Assembly (NCBI GenBank): GCA_002269645.1
Contig: NIVC01002108.1
Location: 62,001-126,000, forward strand
Reading direction: 5' to 3'
DNA: 64,000 nucleotides
Source: Macrostomum lignano
Lineage: Eukaryota
Part shown: positions 57,410 through 64,000 of the stretch, in pieces
Position numbering within the stretch: the stretch's first letter is position 1
Layout: each line of letters opens with the position of its first letter
Notes under the pieces: model-generated
The model's input: the letters and a program-made list of their open reading frames with translations, nothing else
The model's database searches: none
Told to the model about the DNA's origin: nothing
Made by a program: the position numbers and the translations under genes

Positions 57410-60400
57410 GCAGGATGGAGCTGCCAGATAATCTGAACTTTGGCGAATTTAAACAACGACTTTCTGAACGCTTTACGTATGTGGCTGACACGCTGGAGTA
57501 CCGTGAGCAGTTCCGGTCCTGCCAGCAAGGCAAGAACGCGAGAGCGTTGACGACTACTGCTATCGACTAATTTCTCTGGCTGATCGAGCATCCCGCACTT
57601 CACGCCAGCCCAGAAGCAGGCTGATCTGGTGGACCAGTTCACCGTGGGAGTCCGGGTTGCCCAATCAGCAAGAGAGCAGCTAATCCCTATTCCTGGTGCG
57701 TCCGCAGAATCTTACCGCAGCGAGACGGGCTGTCCTGCGCCTTGAGACAGCAGCTAGCCTGGCTCAACGAGTAGCGCTGCCAGCACGACATGTCCGGGTT
57801 CTCGAGGATGACGATATTCAGTCACCAACTGGAGTGCAACACAAGTCAACTCGGCCCGAGAAAAGTTGGTTGCGTGAGGTGATGGAACGCCAAACCGAGA
57901 CTCTTCAAGAGCAGCGCCGAATTCTGGAAGCCCTGAGCAACGAGTTGCCAGAGTTCCACTCGCTGGGATCGCGCAATAGCGACACCCACGAGCCGTGGGA
58001 ACCGACTCGCCATCAGCCGCGGGATTCCTGGGCCCAGCGCAACCGATGTCTGACGCCCCCGGTTCCTTGCCGCAACGCTGACGAAAGCACCCAAGTCACG
58101 AAATCTGGCACCAGACATGTGCAGCATCGCCAGTTCCATCGACTTCAGCAACGAGAGATGGCAGCAATCCGCCACCAAGGACACCGCCCGCAGGAGATCA
58201 ACGAAGCCAGAAGCAGCAGCAGCAGCAGCAACCGCAGAGTTCGCGTACGCCGTCCTATCAGCTACGGCGGCAGAACGCGATGTGCTACAGGTGTAAACAG
58301 TGAGCACCAGCGTGCCGACGAGTGCCCGCACCGACGGACCGCCAGCACCGCGTCCCAGCGCAACAGCAGTTCGGGAAACGGAGTACACGTCGTCGGATGC
58401 AGCGCCGTCCAGCAGCAGAGCCAGCACTAAAGTCCCCGGCCAGGACCTTAGTCGCTCAGCAGGTCACTGCTGAGACCGCCTCCGCACCTGTACAGACGTC
58501 TGCACTCAAGCGCCCTCGAAAAGATCCGTTTCTAACTGGTGAAGTTCAGGGACGCTATTTAATTGAAATTGACCCTGAAGCACGGCAACTCTCTAGATCT
58601 CGCAACCGGGATGCTGTTCTTCAAGAACGGCACTGCCGCCCCACTTCGCTACACGCGAGCTGAATGTCTGGAGGAGGCTCAAAGATAAGCCGCGGACGAA
58701 GACCAAAGTAAGCAGCCAGCAGCGACACCCTGCTCAGTGGCGCCGAAGGTCCACGACAGCAGCCACTCAGGCTCTCCACCAAGTCAGAAGACGCCTGCCC
58801 GCCGAAAGAGACGGAGACCGCCGGCTAAGAAAGAGTTCAACGAAGAGGCGACGCCGCCAGCAACCCCGACAGCCGACAGCAAGCCGCTGACAGAGCTGCA
58901 TCAGCCGAGGTCACCAGCCCGCCGTTACCGTGACTCTCAAGTGTCGCCAACCCGGTTCAGTAGCCCGACACGTTGCCCTACAAGAGCCGCCGCCTACTAG
59001 CTGGAGACTACAAGGACAGCGACCACAGTGCAGCCCTAGACGACAGCTGCCAACCCGTTCGCACTGCTAAGTTCAAGAAGAAAGTGAGGTTCAGCAGCGA
59101 CGCTGACAGCTCCTGTTCCTGTTGCAGGTGCTGCAGTCGGTGCCATCGCTCTGTCATCGCCATGGTGATCGATCTACTCGAAAGCGATCAACCGAAGCCA
59201 CCGCTCAATCAGCGACTGAATATGACGAGAGACGAGCAAAATCTCCTAGCATTCTACGACCAGCTCGAAGTCCGAGACGATAGTCTGCTAGTAGTACACC
59301 TAGACGACGCCGACGACGAAGGAACAGCGCGGATCGTCCTGCCGAAAAAGAAGTTGAAGATGAAGATGACGATGAAGAAGAAGCTGGACAAGACGCGACG
59401 AACATGGCACGCCACCTACGCACCTGCAAGGACTGCTGACGAGAGACCCCGAAGACTGCCCATGCCACACGGCGACAAAAGGGAAGAAGAAGAAGAAGAA
59501 GACGCTGCGGAGAACCGGGGGGGGGGAGAGAGGCCCTCGAACATAGTGTAAAAACTATGTTTCGTGGGCAAACCTTCCCCTATCAGAGTGGCTCTGGACC
59601 GACCACCCAGAGCACCTCCCTAAACAATATCAAGGTCAAAAACCCGAGGGAATTTTTCCATTCGGGTAATCCACGCCTACCGGCGACAAAAGGATGACAA
59701 GACAAGACAAGTCCTGCCGAAAAGTCTCGACGCCACAGTGTTCGCCGATCTCTATGGATCGCCGTACTGCGGACACATGGGCCGAGATCTCACCACAGCT
59801 AAAGTGCGCGAACGGTTCTGGCGACCTGCCCTAGCTAAAACAGTGTCCGACTATGTCGCTTCCTGCCATTCACCCAGAGCAAAGGACGGCGACGAATTCC
59901 GGCGCATACACAATCGTTTCCGGTCTGCGAAATCTGTGGGCGATGTGCGATCGACATCCTAGGCCCCACTGAAGATCCAGACAGACCGAGGCAACAAGTA
60001 CATCCCGACCTACGTCGACACGACGTCGAAATATCCCTTCGCCTTCGCCATGAATAATCAGCGGGCCAAGACTATTATAACTCTACTGCAGGGACAAAGT
60101 GTTCCGATCACTGGAATCCCAGCATGGATCCACTCTGATCAAGGGAAAGTACACAGGGCACGTGTTCCGTCATTTCTTCGAATTCCATGGCATCCGACAA
60201 ACTACGAAACCGCCCTGGGCTAATAGACAAGCCGAGTTGTGCAACAAGAACATTAAGAAGGTTCTCACTTGTCTCCTGGAAGATTATCAACAATGGGACA
60301 AGATGCTGCCAGCCGCTTTGACAGCCCTGAGATCAGCAGTCAATCGTACAACAGGATTCTCGCCGCACTACATCGTCTGACAGAGTGTGCCCTATCGGTA

Positions 60401-60860
60401 CCCGAACGATAACACCTGGCCTAGACCGACTGGACGTAGCTGCCGACCTCCCGGAGAAAATCGCCAAACATCAGCGAAGAACTGGCCGAGACGGAGGGGA
60501 TTGTACGACTACGATTACGAGCAGAGATCCAGCGCCGAGAAGATTCTTTCAAGAACGGCAGCCCGGCGACCTTGTCTGCCTAGCCAACCTGCAGCTCGAA
60601 CTGGGAGAGCTGCCAAAGTTCTATCGGCCGGCCGTATAAGAGCATGTACAAGGTCATTAAGAAAGTTGGAGAAGTGGCGTACTGGATTAAGCTCAGATGA
60701 TGGCTGACAGGGCCGATGCTGCCCTGAGTCCAGCGAAGACATGCAGCGATATGGAGCCAGCCGAGCAGCCCGCTCCGGAACAGCCTGTTCGAGCCGAGCC
60801 TGAGGCACCCGGAAGTTCTGTCCGAAGGAGACCCGGATCTGCCCGAGATCGGAGGCGAGA
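57410..60860 (+). mobile_element. Decayed Ty3/gypsy retrotransposon (gag and integrase remnants)
   Basis: Gag-like EQFRSCQQG..ESVDDYCYRLISLADRA..LVDQFTVG (frameshifted); integrase GSPYCGHMGRDLT..RFWRP, IDILGPL, IHSDQG, TGFSP with stops and deletions. LTRs not identified. Confidence 0.8.
59349..59710 (+). mobile_element. Nested 362-bp retroposon-like insertion in the gypsy pol
   Basis: 13-bp direct repeat GTCCTGCCGAAAA at 59336-59348 and 59711-59723, (GACAA)n tail; removing it restores RIVLPKSLDATVF. Confidence 0.8.
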
Positions 60861-61095
60861 TTGAAATCTGAAATCTTAATTGTAATTAACCGAGAGATTA
60901 AATTTGAGCCTTAGAAACCAACTGGTAATTTTGCGCGCGTTATTATTAGTAGTCGTATTTGCGAATTGCGTCCGATTTTACTTTGCTGTTATTGTAAGAT
61001 TTCTCCTAACGTGTTGAAAGCAGCGTTTCAGTTTTTCTAATGTGACCTTATGCTCGAGAGTCGAGGGTAAAACCAGTCTATATACTAATTTTGCG

Positions 61096-62295
<1,200 letters not shown>

Positions 62296-62319
62296 AATTA
62301 TGGCAATTTAACTGCCATA

Positions 62320-62615
62320 ATTTGACTGCCACAAAATGACTGCGGACAAAATGACTGCGGACAAAATGACTGCGGACAAAATGACTGCGGACAAAATGAC
62401 TGCGGACAAAATGACTGCGGACAAAATGACTGCGGACAAAATGACTGCGGACAAAATGACTGCGGACAAAATGACTGCGGACAAAATGACTGCCAACAAA
62501 ATGACGACTGCGGACAAAATGACTGCGGACAAAATGACTGCGGACAAAATGACTGCGGACAAAATGACTGCGGACAAAATGACTGCGGACAAAATGACTG
62601 CGGACAAAATGACTG
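62320..62615. repeat. 15-bp minisatellite (GCGGACAAAATGACT)
   Basis: Near-perfect array. Confidence 0.96.
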
Positions 62616-63009
62616 CTAGAAAAATGACGCTCCTAAAGTTTAGCACGTTGTCACCCTTTTTTAGTCTACATGTATGTGTCTTTCAGTGAAATACTGTATT
62701 TAGAATGATGTAGAACAGAATACAATACCAGGTTTATAATACAAGACCACAGTTCTAAGGTAAAAGTTTTTGTTTCTTGTAAAATACCTTAATTTCCAAA
62801 GAATCTTGAAGTCGTGCACAAGAATTTGAATCTGAGGTAGCTACTCTTAACCGCGGTTGCGAGTAGTTAAATACGTGTGAGCAGTAAATTGAAATTGCAG
62901 AAACCTATTTTTTTAACTAATCAGACTTATGGTGAAACTTCTGGAAAGCTTAAACGCTGTTGTACGAAAGGCCTGAAGGACATATTTTAGTTTTTAGCGG
63001 GGTTCAAAT

Positions 63010-63258
63010 CAGTGGCGTAGCCAGGAATTTCAATTAAGGGGGGGGGGTGGCTTGGCTGGCCATGCCACCTCATTTTGGCGCCGCAGGCACTCATTTTGGC
63101 GCCGCAGGCACTCATTTTGGCGCCGCAGGCACTCATTTTGGCGCCGCAGGCACTCATTTTAGCGCCGCAGGCACTCAATTGCCTCATGGTTTTTGGTACC
63201 CCACCCCCCCCCACCCAGGCGATTAGGGGTGGCCGCGGCCCCCCCGGCTACGCCACTG
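63010..63258. mobile_element. hAT-type MITE carrying a 21-bp minisatellite
   Basis: 13-bp TIR CAGTGGCGTAGCC / GGCTACGCCACTG, perfect 8-bp TSD GTTCAAAT (63002-63009, 63259-63266), internal (ACTCATTTTGGCGCCGCAGGC)n. Confidence 0.92.
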
Positions 63259-63414
63259 GTTCAAATAAATGAGGTGTAAAGGCGGTACGGTACTTTGGTT
63301 TACTTTTGCTCAATTTTTCAGTATGGAAAGTCATGCCAGGCTTGAGTAAATGCAATGGCGGGTGCTTTTTATTTATAGCAGACAATTCCACAGAAAATTA
63401 TAGCTCGTAGAGAA

Positions 63415-64000
63415 ATTGTGGCAGTCAAATTGCTCAGCAGTCAAATTGTGGCAGTCAAATTGCTCAGCAGTCAAATTGTGGCAGTCAAATTGCTCAGCAG
63501 TCAAATTGTGGCAGTCAATTTGCTCAGCAGTCAAATTGTGGCAGTCAAATTGCTCATCAGTCAAATTGTGGCAGTCAAATTGCTCAGCAGTCAAATTGCT
63601 CAGCAGTCAAATTGTGGCAGTCAAATTGCTCAGCAGTCAAATTGTGGCAGTCAAATTGCTCAGCAGTCAAATTGTGGCAGTCAATTTGCTCAGCAGTCAA
63701 ATTGTGGCAGTCAAATTGCTCATCAGTCAAATTGTGGCAGTCAAATTGCTCAGCAGTCAAATTGTGACAGTCAAATTGCTCAGCAGTGAAATTGCTCAGC
63801 AGTCAAATTGCTCAGCAGTCAAATTGCGGCAGTCAAATTGCTCAGCAGTCAAATTGTGGCAGTCAAATTGCTCAGCAGTCAAATTGCTCAGCAGTCAAAT
63901 TGTGGCAGTCAAATTGCTCAGCAGTCAAATTGCTCAGCAGTCAAATTGCTCAGCAGTGAAATTGCTCAGCAGTCAAATTGCTCAGCAGTCAAATTGCGGC
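63415..64000. repeat. Composite 14/16-bp minisatellite (GCAGTCAAATTGTG / GCAGTCAAATTGCTCA), runs off the right edge
   Basis: Alternating units sharing the GCAGTCAAATTG core. Confidence 0.95.

Noticed and set aside
59510-59560. G-rich tract followed by TGTAAAA as a PPT plus LTR start
   Set aside because: It lies inside the TSD-flanked nested insertion, and no second LTR copy was found.

Overview
This is eukaryotic (animal) genomic DNA with GC-rich exons, GT-AG introns packed with tandem repeats, and many transposons. That style suggests a free-living flatworm such as Macrostomum, but this is inference only. Host genes supported by splice-consistent exon chains or clear motifs: an EGF/FN3 receptor-like gene running off the left edge, a CUB-like/LDLa/TM gene, STPG4, a secreted PAN + F-type lectin, a degenerate stand-alone FHA protein, a disrupted fibrinogen-domain (FReD) gene, a complete 7-exon cullin-1, a complete 8-exon family-A polymerase that best fits POLN, and an orphan 2-TM protein. 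Mobile DNA: a 2-kb integrase-only Ty3/gypsy element with identical LTRs, two I-group LINE pieces inside the FReD signal peptide, hAT, Tc1-like and P-element derivatives, a CORE-like tRNA SINE, and a decayed gypsy with a nested retroposon. The most unusual observations are the integrase-only LTR element, a POLN-type polymerase in an apparent non-vertebrate, one-directional C>T/G>A decay of repeats in an AT-rich block upstream of CUL1, a PHD finger inside a LINE endonuclease, and a different private minisatellite in every long intron. All calls were made by eye with no database searches.
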